Source: Eledone cirrhosa (taxonomy: Eukaryota). From it: DNA of 64,000 nt. The notes below the pieces were generated by a model. That model searched no databases, was not told the DNA's origin, and saw only the letters and a program-made list of their open reading frames with translations. The stretch covers positions 167,276,001 through 167,340,000 of the forward strand of contig OZ024741.1 of NCBI GenBank assembly GCA_964016885.1, written 5' to 3'. Below, piece by piece: positions 26,406 to 41,309 of the stretch (the first letter of the stretch is position 1; each line of letters opens with the position of its first letter). Made by a program: the position numbers and the translations under genes.

Positions 26406-26750
26406 GTGGATGAGTGAGGTATCACTGGAAGATAAGACAACAGATGAATTGCAGGTGAAGATGGGAATAAATGTTGTGAAAAGAAATGGAATAAGATGGT
26501 TAGGTCATGTGTTGAGGAAGGATGAAAGTGACTTGGTTAGAGGAATAATGGAAATGAATGTGGAAAAAGGTAGAGGAAAGGAAAACCAACAAAGACATGG
26601 CTGAAAAATATGGAGGAAGAAATGAAAGCCAGGGTGCTGGTAAAGGGGAATGTAATTGATAAGGAAAAGTAGAGAAACTTGTTAGGGAGCCAGCAAAGCT
26701 AACCGCATCTTTAGCAGGGAAGATGGCCTTAAAATGCTGTTGATGATGAC
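26406..26750 (+). mobile_element. Old RTE-type 3' fragment
   Basis: MSEVSLEDK..KRNGIRWLGHVLRKDESDLVR..; ends taaaatgctgttgatgatga. Confidence 0.7.
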
Positions 26751-26846
26751 TCTTCAGATATGCAACCTGTACATAAACATTAGCCAATTGCCTTTCAGGT
26801 TATGTGTACAGTTTGACCATGATGATAATGATGACAATTATGATAG

Positions 26847-26878
<32 letters not shown>

Positions 26879-27259
26879 GTGATTATATAAAAGAGCATAT
26901 CAATGAACTTTAACTGTATGTATGTGTGTGTATGTATGTATGTATGGGTGTGTATGTATGTATGGGTATGTATGTATGTGTATGTATGTATGTGTATGTA
27001 TGGGTGTGTATGTATGTTCTTCTGGTTTTATAATTTCACAAAGTTTTACCAATAGAGAGAGAGTCAGTTTCTAACATAGATACAAGACTCTCTCATTGGA
27101 ATTTACACAACATCAACTAGGTAGATATGTATGTATGCATGCATGTGTAGATATGGATGTTATTGTATGTTTTGAGTTGTATGTGCGCATGTGTATATGC
27201 TTTGTATCTGTACATGTGTATATGCAGTTATTAGATGCAAAATTTTTGGAATGTTTTAC

Positions 27260-27290
<31 letters not shown>

Positions 27291-27954
27291 GTTGCTGACT
27301 TTGTGCAAGGCATTTTAGATCATTGGCTGGGCTAAAAAGCCACATTCAATCGCAGCGCTGTTAGTTGCTATCGTGTGTGTGTGTGTGTATAGATATGTAT
27401 ATGTGTGTGCGTGTGCGTGTGTGTGTATATATATATATGTATATTATTGTTGTTGTCGTTATTATTATTATTATTATTATTATTATTGTTATTAATATCT
27501 ATGTATATATATATTTTTTTTTTTTCTCGTGCAATGGCCATACTCGATAACGAGGGGGCAGCCATCATCATCATGTATATATGTATGTATGTGTGTGTGT
27601 ATGTATGTTCCATCTCACAGTGGACATTTTAATATTCCACAACTGTCTGGCTTAGTTCCGATGGTGGTGCATTAAATGCAGGAAATACACAGTATATTAA
27701 TTGCAGGAAATACGTAGCATATTAACATGTCCAAGTTTGTGCAAATTGCAGTGCAACCAACCTACTGATGACCTTTCTGTTATTATCATGTGCAGAATTA
27801 GTTCAGATCATGAGCAAATGTAGTTGTTGGGCCTCTGTTGCAATGATAAGTTATCTGGTTGTATGATCAATGGAACAGCCTGCTACTGAAATTAAGGTGC
27901 AGGTGGCTGAGCATTCCACATATATGTGTACTCTTTAGCATTTACATTACATTA

Positions 27955-28931
<977 letters not shown>

Positions 28932-29399
28932 TATTTACTATTGTATTTTCATGGTAAAGCCTTTATCTCACATAATATCAAATCTATGAGATTTTGATGT
29001 TATTTATTTTGAGAACAATACCTTAACATAAGTATGAATGGCCAGTTACGGCCGGTTAGAACAGAAAGTGGTGAGAGAATTCTGGCCGGATACAGCTGGT
29101 TTAAATGCTAAAGGGTTAACACAATTCTCAGAGAGGTTTAGTATGACTGTGAGAAAAGGCTGGCCTTTTGAATCACATGTTCAGTGCATTTTGCATTAAC
29201 TCTTAACATCCTGTAATGATTTAGCAGAAAATAATTCAAATGTTTATAGTGTCTTTACTATTGGACAAATTATTGTGAAAATTTGCAGTGAACTAAAGTA
29301 AAGACTTCATTATTTAATGTGATGTAATATAGTACTGTTTTGTACTTTTAAAGAATGTCTTCCTAATGTGGTCCTATGCAATGCAAAATATTAAGAGTT

Positions 29400-29780
29400 C
29401 ATCATCATCATCCTTCGACTCCTCTGTAGACAGTTGGAACTCTCTTCACAATCCCTTTCCACACTATTCGGTCCTGCATTGCTGTCCCCAGATCCCTTAT
29501 GTCCAACCATGAGCTATGGTGTCTGGGCAAGTCAGTTTTCGTGAATAGATACATCCAGAGGGATGCCACAGAAGGAGAGATGAAGTGATTTCTTTGTTGG
29601 CTTGATGACAGTGACCATCAAACTGTAGTCTTTTTTCCTTGAGTCTGAGGGATATTGGAATCAAATCTCAATAGATATTTTTGATTCTTCTGAGTAGATT
29701 TTTGAATATGCTCCATCCAAGCCATCTTTCAAGACGAACAGATAAGGTCCATATTTCTGATCCATATAGTAGTAATGATT
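29400..29780 (-). mobile_element. Degenerate RTE-type LINE 3' fragment
   Basis: Minus strand reads LLLYGSEIW..RLERWLGWSIF..KRLQFDGHC and ends in (GAT)n; a similar remnant lies at ~9150-9450. Confidence 0.6.
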
Positions 29781-30902
29781 AACAGTTAATACGCAAGTGG
29801 CTGAGCATTCCATAGACATGAACCCTTAATGTAGTTCTCAAGGAGATTTAGCATGCCATACTGTGTTACATGGCTGGCCCTCTGAATTACAGGTACAGTT
29901 CATCATGTATTAATATGCAAGTGGCTGAGCATTCCACAGATATGTACCCTTAACTCTTTCGCATTAAACCAGCTATATCCAGCCAGAATTCTCTCACCTC
30001 TTTCTGCTCAAACCGGCTGTAACTGGCCACTCATACTTATGTTAAGGTATTGTTGTCAAAATAAATAATATCAAAATCTCATAGATTCAATTTTATGTGA
30101 GATAATTATGTGTGATGAAGTGTTTACTGTGAAAATACAATAGTAAATATAGAGTAATGTAAATGTTAAAGGGTTAATGTAGTTTTCAAGGAGATTTAGC
30201 ATGTCACACCATGTGACAAAGGCCCTTTGAGTTACAGCTGCTACTTATTTTTGCTAGCTGAGTGAACTGGAGCAACATGAAATAAAGTGTTGCTCAATAA
30301 CACAACCCACTGCTAAAATTTGAACTTACAATTGTGAGCCAAACTCTAACCACTAAGCCATGTGCCTTTGCACAAGGAAATGTGAATACAACAACAATTT
30401 CTTATACTGTACAAGCCTGTTGTTATTGTCAAGTTTATGGTTTAGCCCAAGGTCAGTCCTTATTGAACATAACTATAACCAAAAGCATTCTAGCCGTGAT
30501 CATCCCCACTTCCATTCAATCACAGATTGTTATCCTCAAAAGCTTGCTCACCCATTAATATGGTGTTCAGGTGAAAAATTACCAAATGACAATTCAAAAT
30601 GGAGGACAGAATTGAGGAAATTTGGGATTGCAAGAGGAGGAATTTGACCTGGTTCTCTGAGAACCAATGAACTAAAAGGATGATAGGAAATGATGAAATA
30701 TAGCTGTAACATTATGAACCAAACTTGTAGAACAATATAAAAAAAGAAACAATGGTTGTAGAAGAGAGGCAGATTCAAGAGTTATTAGACTGTGGCCACC
30801 CTCGGGTTCTACCTTAAAGTCTGATACTTATTTTAGTGATCATTCTTTTTTTTTTGTCAACAATTAAGTTACAGGATATAAACACACACTCATACATACA
30901 CA

Positions 30903-31213
30903 CTGGGTTGGATTTAGATCTTGGGGGGCCCGGTGAACTTCAGGTTTGGAGGGCCCCTCATACACAAAAAATTAGAATGCGCAGTAAACCCCTTAATTTT
31001 ACATATCAAAGTTAGCTCAGCGTAAGTAATTGGAATTGAAAAGTTATACATAATACAGGTATTAAATTCAAAAATTCTAACCATCCTAAAACTAAAAAGC
31101 CCAGCTAAGAGCACAAATAAATTGCTATAGCCATCGCTGGTGACCCCCCCCCCCTACACACACACACAGCGGAGGGCCCTTTGCCCCCCCCCCCCCCATT
31201 AAATCTGGCCCTG
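30903..31213. mobile_element. hAT-like MITE
   Basis: Ends ctgggttggattta / taaatctggccctg resemble CAGGGCCGGATTTA TIRs; internal gggccc motifs; imperfect 8-bp flanks catacaca / catcacac. Confidence 0.6.
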
Positions 31214-32657
31214 CATCACACACAGAGATATATATATATATGACAAGCCTTCTACATTTTCTCTCTACCAAAGGCATTAGTCAACTCATGGCTATAATAA
31301 AAGACACTTGATCAAGTGTCATGTAGTGCTGCTGAAACTGAAACCATGTTGTTGTGAAGTAAACCCCTTAACCACATGGCCATGATCGATAGGAAACAAA
31401 GAATGGGAGGGAAGTAGTGATAAAAGGTTAGAAGAGGAGGGAAATATTGAACAGATGGAGTAAAGAAAGGCAAGGAAGGTTATGAATGGAAAACTGAGGC
31501 TATACATATATTATCATCATCACCGTTTAACGTTCATTTTTCCACGCTAGCATGGGTTAAACGAGTTGTCCTGTTGTGAGTAATGCCAGGTCTGGTGACT
31601 ATGTCTTGCTCATACAGAACTGATTCTGGGTTAGTTTCTACAGCTGGATGCCCTTCCTAACGCCAACCTTATTTACAGTGAGTACTGGGTGCTTTTTGTT
31701 GCGACACTTACACAACCACTTTACAGTGTGGACTGGGCGCTTTTTGTCATGACACCTACAGGACCACTTCAGAGTGTGGGCTGGGTGCTTTTTGCCATAT
31801 ATATATATATAATTGTTTCTACTTTTGGCACAAGGCCAGCAAATACCCAGTACATTACTGGTACTTTTATTTTATCGACTCCGTAAGGATGAAAGGCAAA
31901 GTTAACCTTGGTGGGATTTGAACTCAGACCGTAAAGAGACATAACTATGCTGGGAAGCATGGCATCCGACTCTCTACCGATACTGCCAATTCACCGCCCC
32001 TCATATATATATATAATGAAATGGTTACTTACTGTTATGTATCTGGAACATGAATGGTGTTGTATTGTTTCACTATACACATATATTCACACATTTAGCA
32101 ACAATACTCATACATTTCTGCCAGTGGTATTGGAGACGTTTAGGGGAGCTGAGCTGCTTACAACAAAGTTCTTGTCATTGCTGGAAGCTCACCTTACCGA
32201 TGTTCCTGGGAATGCCTGCAAAGGTTCTTGATTATTCCAGCACCTTAACTTCACTATTACTTGTGGTAATGCTGTGGATGTGTTGGCATCTTCAAAAAAT
32301 ATTAGAGGGAAATTCCAGCAACCCTTGTTATGAAATGTGATTGAGTGTGCATGTCTATCAGCATCCAATATTTTTCATTTTCATTTCTCTTATATTACAT
32401 AGGTAATATATTTATGTTACATATGTAATATTACAATTATTTTGCCTATGTAATATAATTATTATTTTAATTCTAACATTTTAATATTTCAAAACAATGA
32501 AGTATGATAGAAGTTTTTAATATTTTAAATACTTAGTAACAAACATATATTTAGCAACAACACATAACACACTTAACAACAGCACACCCACACTTAACAA
32601 CACACACACACACACACACACATAACAACAACACTCACTCACACTCAGTTAGCAACA

Positions 32658-32709
<52 letters not shown>

Positions 32710-33399
32710 AACACACAGATGCACATTCAAATATAACCAGTCTCAAACAAAATTAACCACACACAAGCCTAGGCTGATATGCATACACACAAGGTTGACA
32801 TACATACACGCACGCAACATAAACCTGACACACACTTAGTCACTCATGCATAAATTAATGATAAACAAGAACCAGCACATCATATATCTTTAAACAATAC
32901 CAACATCACCACTAACAATAAGACCACCATCAACAACTACAATAATAACAACAACTACTACTACTACTACAGATCTACATATACTTCTTTGTGTGTGTAT
33001 AAAAATGTGTGGTTAAGAAGTTTGTTTGCTTTACAACCATAAAGTAGCCAGTTCAATTCAATAACTAATGATTTAAAGACGGTTTGTATAGATGATAGAA
33101 AACTTGCTGCTACACACAATTCTGTTACTACTACTATATCCTCATCATCATTATCAGGGTTGTAGATTGGCAGATTTATTAGAACATCAGGCAAAACAGC
33201 ATGTGGCATTTAGTTCCAGCTCTTTACGTTCAAAGTTTAAATCCCACCAAGGTCAATTCTGTCTATAGACCTTCTTGGGTCGATAAAATAAAGTAAAGGA
33301 GTCAATATGTTCAACTTTCCCCTCTCCCCATAAATTAGAAACAAAGAACATACTTAGTAAAAACACATAAATTGGAAACTATTATTATTAAAATTATAT

Positions 33400-33720
33400 A
33401 TAGTGTAGTGTAGTTTAGTAAAGAATATCCAATGTTGGGAGAGCACTCAATCTCTAGAAAGAGACTGTGGTATAGAGCACAAGACAACTAGCAGAAATCC
33501 AGATAAAAGATCTAACAATCAACTTGCAAGACAGGTATGAAACCTTAAAAACAGCAGCACACATTTTCCCATCAAATGTAAGATCCTAGAATGGTCCTGA
33601 CCTTATGCAATTGGCCCAAGAACATGTCAGCTGTGTATGGTGGAAAGATGGAATATACCTAAAAAGCTACACAACCTATCTGAACATGAGGACCGATTTC
33701 TTCAATCACTGACCCCCAAA
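33400..33720 (+). mobile_element. Penelope-like element GIY-YIG endonuclease C-terminal remnant (Naiad/Chlamys-like)
   Basis: From 33517: NQLARQV*NLKNSSTHFPIKCKILEWS*PYAIGPRTCQLCMVERWNI, matching TxLSxxIWxLK..IxWxIL..Y..CxLCxxEK. Confidence 0.65.
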
Positions 33721-35802
33721 TTTATACTAAAGAACTTGAAAATCCCACTCACACCAGATTAAAAAAAACTCTAAATGCCTGAGATTCCACCCACTGACCA
33801 TCAATATCTCCTAATTACTTCCACATGCACCCAATCTCTTATATTTTACTCCTCTTCCTTTATATGTGGGCTCTCCACTAGTTAGCTCCCTGTAATTTTC
33901 TGAAACTATATTTCTCTTATGAACTTTCAATTTACTTCTCTTAAAATGAAATCAATATAGGCTGAAAATTGGAGGACTGTCTCAAAGCAAATCTGAAACA
34001 GTCTGGGAAACAATTGTATTGAAATGACACCATAATTAGTGTGTGTGTGTGTGTGTATGTGTGTGTGTGTGTGTGTCTGTGTCTGTGTCTGTGTGTGTGT
34101 GTGTGTGTGTACGTGCGTGTGTGTGTGTGTGTGTGTGTGTGTACGTGCGTGTGTGTGTATATAGTCCTGAAGTGTGTTTAAAATACAAGTATACTTAACT
34201 CTTTAGAATTTAAACCAGCTGTATCCAACCAGAATTCTTTCACCTCTTTCTGTTCAAATTGGCTCTAACGGGCCACTCATAGATTCGATATTATGTGAGA
34301 TAAAGCCTTTACCATAAAAATATTATAGTAAATATAAAGTAATGTAAATGCTAAAGGGTTAAAACATTCAAACATTAATTGAATTCGCACTCAATACATG
34401 TGAGAAAAATGTCAAATTTATATATACATAATATGATTGTTGTGTGAAGAAGTGTCATGAGCACCAAGTGGAAGAAAGCCATGGAAGAGAAAGACCGAGA
34501 AAGTCGTTGGCAGAAATAATAAAAGCCAATCACAAGAAACTAAACCTCAGTGGAGATGACAAAGGAAGGAAACAAGTGGAGAGATGGTGTACTTGAGAGG
34601 ATTCATCTAATGTATATAGAAAAACGGGCATAAAAATGATAATGATGACATATATATAAATGTAAGTATGTATGTATGCATTTATGATCATCATCATTTA
34701 ACGTCCATTTTTCCATGCTAGCATGGGTTAGACAGGCTGTCCCGTTTGAGGCAAGTTGGGTCAGGTGATCGTATCTTGTTCATATAGGACTGTTTCTGGC
34801 TTAGTTTCTATGGCTGGATGCCCTTCCTAACACCAACCACATTTACAGTGTGTGCTGGGTGCATTTTGTTGTGGGACCTACTCAACCACTTTACAGTGTG
34901 GACTGGGCACTTGTTGTGACCAATTTACAGTGTGGGCCAGGTGCTTTTTTTTGCTGTGTTGCCATCATGACCACTTTACAGTATTTTGAATCTAAACACT
35001 TCAATAGTGAAACATGTATTTACTTATAAACATCAGTATATAATAAAACTGACACATATGAGATCATACACACATAGTACATAGTGGTCACAATGAAAAT
35101 AACTATAGATAATAGTTGAATTAATCAGTTAAATACTGTAGATATAACAAAGTTGCACACAGTAAAATGAAACATATGGGACGAATGAACAAATACATCT
35201 ATCTTTGTCAGCCACCCCATGCCATTATAATTTTGAGCATAAAGGTGAGATTGCATAATAATTATGCAACAAGCAGTTGGAAAGATGCATATGAAACAAC
35301 ACAACAATAGAGAAAGAGGAAAACAATGGAGTGTCTTTCAACTAGGACACCAAAGCTAGTAGATAAATAAATAATTGTTTCTACTTTAGGCACAAGGCCA
35401 GCAATATTGGGAGAGGGGGGGAAAGTCGATTACGTGCATGACTGGTACTTTATTTTATCGATCCCGAAAAGATGAAAGGCAAAGCTAACCTAACAAAAAG
35501 TCTTACAACTAGAAACATCGAAAGAGGATGGAATATGGTAGAGGCAAGTTGTGCAAATGGTAACACAGGGAGGAGGTAAATATAAATAGACTTATGCCAA
35601 AACAGTAAGTATAGAGGAGAGCATCAAACACGTCTTGTTTCTTTGGAAGTAAAGTAGTAGAAGTAAGAAAGAGCAGGAATTGGAGGCTAGTAGCTGAGCA
35701 TATGTCAGCAAATGGAGAGGAAAGAATAGAAAGAAAAAAGAAGAAAAGTGAAAGAGCAAAAAAGAGAAAGAGAAAGAGAGAAAGTTGTCACTCTAGCAAG
35801 TA

Positions 35803-35852
<50 letters not shown>

Positions 35853-36682
35853 TGCTTAAATGCATTCAAAGACATACAACATATATATAAACGTGCTTAT
35901 ATATTCATAGACACACACATGTATGTGCATGCATAGTTATTGTTTTACTAAATATGGCAACTTGGATGTTGTTCAAGCCAATTATTGATATGAAATTACA
36001 ATTATATTTAATCATGATCGACCTCCGATTCAATGGATAATTACACGGATACAATCTCACATGATTTATAAGACAGAATTAAAAAGCTTGTATTTAGATT
36101 TTTATACTGATTTTAGTCATCTCACTGCAGCCATGCTGGGACACTAGTTAATTTAGTTGATCATATCAACCTCAGTACTTATTTTATTGAGCTCTTTTTT
36201 GTTGAACTGCTTAATTTCCGGTTCATAAACATAGATGAAGACAAACATATATGTTTATATATTATATATACATACAGCATACCAGCATTGACTACTTTAA
36301 CTGACAAACCTCTCTATCATATATATACAATGCAGTTATGCAGATGTCTCATGTACATTTATACTTCAGTGCACTCCAGAGCTAAGGCAGCTGTAATATG
36401 CAGAGTGTAAATACAAGTAAGCCGGATAAAGTCATGGTTGCACCATAAATGAACTCTATTGCATATGGCAATTGTTTTTAGGGTTCAATCATAATTTATG
36501 GTGCAAACTTGACTTCATTCCTGTAAAATCCCAGCTGCAGATCCAAGCATCTCCCCATGCACGGAGTACTCCCATGATTAGTGGTCTCCTCAATTTATAC
36601 GTATTATATATATATATATATATTATCTCCTTGGGTCAAGATTTTCTTGTTCCCATCTACCAAATTCTACTCACAAGGTATT

Positions 36683-36950
36683 GGTGAAAACCCACGTTCT
36701 GCTGCACATTGGGCTGAGGAGGCCAAACTCCTCAAATACCGGTCACTCTCCAACAGATTTGCGGTTGTACCCCTGGCAGTGCAGACTTCTGGTGTCCTCG
36801 GCCCTAGGGCTACCACCCTACTCACCACCATATGTGCTGAGCTGGCCAACCGCAGGTGTGAGCCCCGCGAGTTGGAGTGGCTTTTCCAGCGCGTCTCCCT
36901 TGTCATCCTCCGGGGAAACGCCTTCTTTATTCTGTCCGCCGGGGCTGTGA
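36683..36950 (+). mobile_element. CRE-clade non-LTR retrotransposon 3' fragment
   Basis: AAHWAEEAKLLKYRSLSNRFAVVPLAVQTSGVLGP..EPRELEWLFQRVSLVILRGNA; homologous to 17800-18045. Confidence 0.85.
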
Positions 36951-38602
36951 GGAGACAAGCCGATAATATTACGAATTCTGTTGAATAGTCTTAAATACGT
37001 TTACTTGACTTCTGACCTGTTTGCTGTACGTAACTACATACTTCACTTCAAACTACACAACTCTTAGAATTGGGAGAGGAATGCGTTTAGTTAGTGAGGG
37101 ATGTACTCTGCCCATGATCCTTTCCAGGGTTTATGAGACAGACGAGAGAAAAGAGAAGGAAGTTATCCACAAATCAGAGCCCTGGCCTGAATGCTTGCAA
37201 CAGTGTGGACTCTGCTGAAGACATCGAAGAGTCAGGTTGACAACAGATTACGCTTTCTACACAAATAGGCTATGGCAGGGTTTGAACACTTAACAATATT
37301 GCTAGACATAGATCAATATGGAATTTTACAAGGTTTATTTATAAGTTATATGCATGCATACAAATAATTTATACAATACTTAATTACATGTATACATTTT
37401 TGTTCATGAATTTATATTTTTGTGTCATTATACTCTAGAAATAAATCATTAAAATATCAATATATATATATATTAAATAAATTGTATAAATGACTGAAAC
37501 TACCAAATTAGTCTGTCATGCTGGAAACACAAACTTTATATGACTAGCTGACCCATGGAAATTCCACAATCTAATTAGAAACAACCAAGTATTAATGATA
37601 ATTTTATATCATGTAACATAGAGTTATGACCCTTTACGTTGAGTTTAAATCCCACTGAGGTTAGCTTTGCCTTTCATCCTTAAGGGGTCGATAAAATAAA
37701 GCACCAGTAATGTACTGGAGTAATTTGTTGGCCTTGTGCCAAAAGTAGAAACAATTATTTATTATACAATATGCAGTATTTAATTGCATATGAATCGATT
37801 AAATTTAACAAATTACTGAAACTTCTAAAATGGAATATTTTATTCAATTATAATTTGAGGATAAAATATTTTTTGTACAGTGTAAGTTTAAAAGAAAAAT
37901 CGAAACCACCACACTACCACTTCACTCTCTCTCACACACACACACTCTTACCATCCTCTTTCTATAGTGTGACAGAAGTTTTAAAAAGTATTTATGCTAT
38001 TAGTTTTTCCTCTCTATCTCTCTCACACACATTTACTCCCACTCTCTAAGACGCGGAGTAAAATATAAATAATTTCGGCGTTTAATGCCGCCACCATCAC
38101 CTTAATGCCACATATATACCCTTACTATCATCCCCTTTCCACAATACATAATTTGTCATTAGCAGTTTAATTAAATAAATGGATAAGTGCTGGGAATAAT
38201 AAAAATCAAATTTTACTCTCATATTGTGTCTGAACCACGTGCTGTGGAAAGGTTATGGTCTTTCTTTGTTAATATGAGAGGGGGCAACAAGACATGAAGA
38301 GAGGGGGAGAGGTAGAGAAAGTGGAGAGAGAGCGAAGAAGAGAGAATGTCTCATAAAAATAACAACAAAAAACAGAGAGAAAGAGGTAATAAACAAGTGT
38401 GAAAAGTAATCTGAATATGGCACGTGTGTGAATATTATGCTACAACTGTAATGTAATAAACACCAATAATAACATCAGCAGCAGCCAGTAAGTAATGGCA
38501 ACAATAACTACTAAGGACATCGGGGTTCACAAACTTTCATTAACTCCGTCACCTGCTTACGACAGAAATTATACATATGTAATATATATATATATACACA
38601 CA

Positions 38603-38701
38603 CAGGGTGTCCCCAAAAATGTATCACACTTCAACAGCATTCTAATAAATATTGCCTTTACAGGTAATTAAAATGTGTATACATATTTGGGGGACACCCC
38701 A
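38603..38701. mobile_element. Very short Tc1/mariner-type MITE
   Basis: TIR cagggtgtccccaaaaatgtat / atacatatttgggggacaccc; relatives at 40069, 44668 and ~45890-45966. Confidence 0.65.
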
Positions 38702-39098
38702 CATATATATAAATTTAATGTCTGTTCTCTGTGTGTGTGTCTTTTTTATTTATACTGCTGAAAGCGAATAACTTAGTGTTTACGGTATGTGTTCACCATC
38801 GTATGGTCGTAAGTTCGATTCCCGGCGGTGTGTTGGGTCTTAAAGAAAGACACTTTATTTCACGCTGTTCTAGTCTAATCAGCTAATTCATAAGAATTGG
38901 ACTAGAACTACTTTAACGGTGCACGTGTCTATGGAATGCTCAGTCAGGTCAACGGTAATTTCTCGGAGGCCAAACACACACACAGTCTTGAATCCACCTG
39001 CAACTTCATAAAGAATTCATTTGAAAAAATTCGCAAGAGTTTATGAATGATGGAACTGGTATAAGTACGTAGAAATTGTACACATACACGCATATATT

Positions 39099-39175
<77 letters not shown>

Positions 39176-39177
<2 letters not shown>

Positions 39178-39770
39178 CATACATGACTTTTAACGGTCTG
39201 AAAATGAAAGTAAATTTATTTTCATTTTCGAACGTTGTGTTTACATTTTGTGTGTGTGTTTAGATCTAAATTAGTTACTGAGATTAAAGACAAAATCAGA
39301 GCCTCTGTCGTTTTAACTGATTGTATGTATGTGTGTATGTGTGTGTAGTTGGCGGTTGAGAGAAGAGTACTCAATACCGAAGTAATCTTGTAATGAGGCT
39401 TGCAGAATGGTGAGTCCGACATTCTGGACGCTGCTGCTTTGTAGAAGTCCCAAATCGAAGCTGTGACACTCTCGTCCCCATCATTCAGCAGGGATTATGC
39501 CAGGCAGCTGCATCATCTCCGATGGTTGGGCTTCCTATTCGGAAATTGAAGGTGGGATTTACATTCATGATGCTGTGGTGCACGAACGGAACTTTGTAGA
39601 TCCTGCGGACCTTGATGTGCACACACAGCTCATAGAGAACACATGGAGCCGTGCAAAGAAGAAGCTTCGTCGCCAGCATGTTTCGTTTAAACACACACAC
39701 AAAATGTAAACACGACGTTCGAAAATGAAAATAAATTTACTTTCATTATTGCGACCGCTAAAAGTCATGT

Positions 39771-39775
<5 letters not shown>
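39176..39775 (+). mobile_element. Internally deleted Merlin (IS1016/ISXO2-like) DNA transposon
   Basis: ~90-bp TIRs starting GGCATACATGACTTTTA; ORF 39497-39709 PGSCIISDGWASY..H..VVH..NFVDP..VHTQLIENTWSRAK; (TA)n on both sides. Confidence 0.92.
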
Positions 39776-39812
<37 letters not shown>

Positions 39813-40026
39813 CAACATGACCCTCCCAAAGTATAACAATATATATGTATACATATGTGTGTGTGTGTACAGTATATTTGAAAAGGGAGTCAGGTTCTAT
39901 ACAAAACAGGGGTTATAGAGATAAAGGGGAATTGGAATAGCACGGAAAATATATTTAACTATCTGTTTTTCTTGAAAAAAAAACATCCTTAAATATATTT
40001 TTCGTGCTATTTCCAATTCCACCTTT

Positions 40027-40060
<34 letters not shown>

Positions 40061-40501
40061 TATATATACAGGATGTTCCAAAAAATGTATACATACTTTC
40101 ATTGCCTGTACAGACAATATTATTAGAATGGTGTATATATGCATGCATACACACATAGATAAACGGAGAGAAAGACAGATATTGAGCGATGGGCGAAAAA
40201 ACACGTGAATAAAAATAGACAGGTCGACATAGAGATATACGGACACGAATAGATAAACAGGTAGGTTAAGAAGATAAGAAAGACGTAGTTACGATTTACT
40301 CAAAATTTTAGTTTAACAAGTTTATAAAGAAGATTAAGATATTTTGAGATAATATAAGTTCCAGTAAATATCTCAGTGACATTTCTGTGTCTTTTGCCGC
40401 ACTGCAGCAAGGTTTCAAGATTTGACATTTGACTCATTAAGTACTTTAAAATGTCATGAATTAAAAACATTATATACATGCATACAAACAATAACACACC
40501 G

Positions 40502-40549
<48 letters not shown>

Positions 40550-40829
40550 GTATATGTGTGTGTATATATATATATATATACGTGTGTGTGTGTTCGATGA
40601 AAAAGAGTTAGTTGATTTAGAATCAGCTGATGTTTATATAACAGATGTCAAGCACTCAACAGTATATATTTATCTAAAGTATAATAAAATAAATTGGGAT
40701 GGACTAAAGTAACTGATATATATATATATATATATGATACGTTCGTGTGTCATTGATAGATGCGAGAAAAACTACTCAAAACCGATGTAGAGTTAACTAT
40801 TCATGTATTCATTATGTCCAAGCAGTGAA

Positions 40830-40880
40830 CCTTGTTATTCTGGAATTTCACCAGCGCACTATCTGGATCATCAGACACGA
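40830..40880 (-). ncRNA. Type I hammerhead ribozyme candidate within a ~140-bp hairpin element (40798-40940)
   Basis: CGUGU-CUGAUGA-U-CCAG-AUAGUGCG-CUGG-U-GAAA-UUCCAGAA-UA/ACAAG; stem I only 3 bp before a mismatch. Confidence 0.65.
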
Positions 40881-41079
40881 CTGATAATCCTGTGAGGGCA
40901 GAGGTAACAAGGGTCACTGCTTAGACATAATAAATGAATATATATATATATATATCGACTGTCGATCGACTTTCGCCAAATCGGACCGAGGAAACAATTT
41001 TCCGTTGGTCTTCCAATTGCTAATACTATCTATCGATCGCAACTCCAGGTAGAAGGAGAAACGTGAAATAAAGTACCTT

Positions 41080-41110
<31 letters not shown>

Positions 41111-41309
41111 TAGAGAGAGGTTACCTATATATCTATTTCTACAGATGACTAGTTTCAGTGTCCCTGCCTGACATTGTTTCCTTTTCATAATGCCTATTTT
41201 GCAGGAATATATTCCATGTTAGGTTCATATATATATATATATACCTAACACCTTTCGTAACTGTACTCCTTGTTGTTATTTACTTTTCCAAAATATATAC
41301 ATACATATA

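Noticed and set aside
30565-30800. Purine-rich stretch after a ttcag acceptor-like site (EKLPNDNSKWRTELRKFG)
   Set aside because: Stops follow quickly and I recognise no family, so I cannot support an exon.
41143-41190. Minus-strand GAAACUAGUC with an adjacent hairpin (hammerhead half)
   Set aside because: There is no CUGANGA upstream; at best a truncated remnant.
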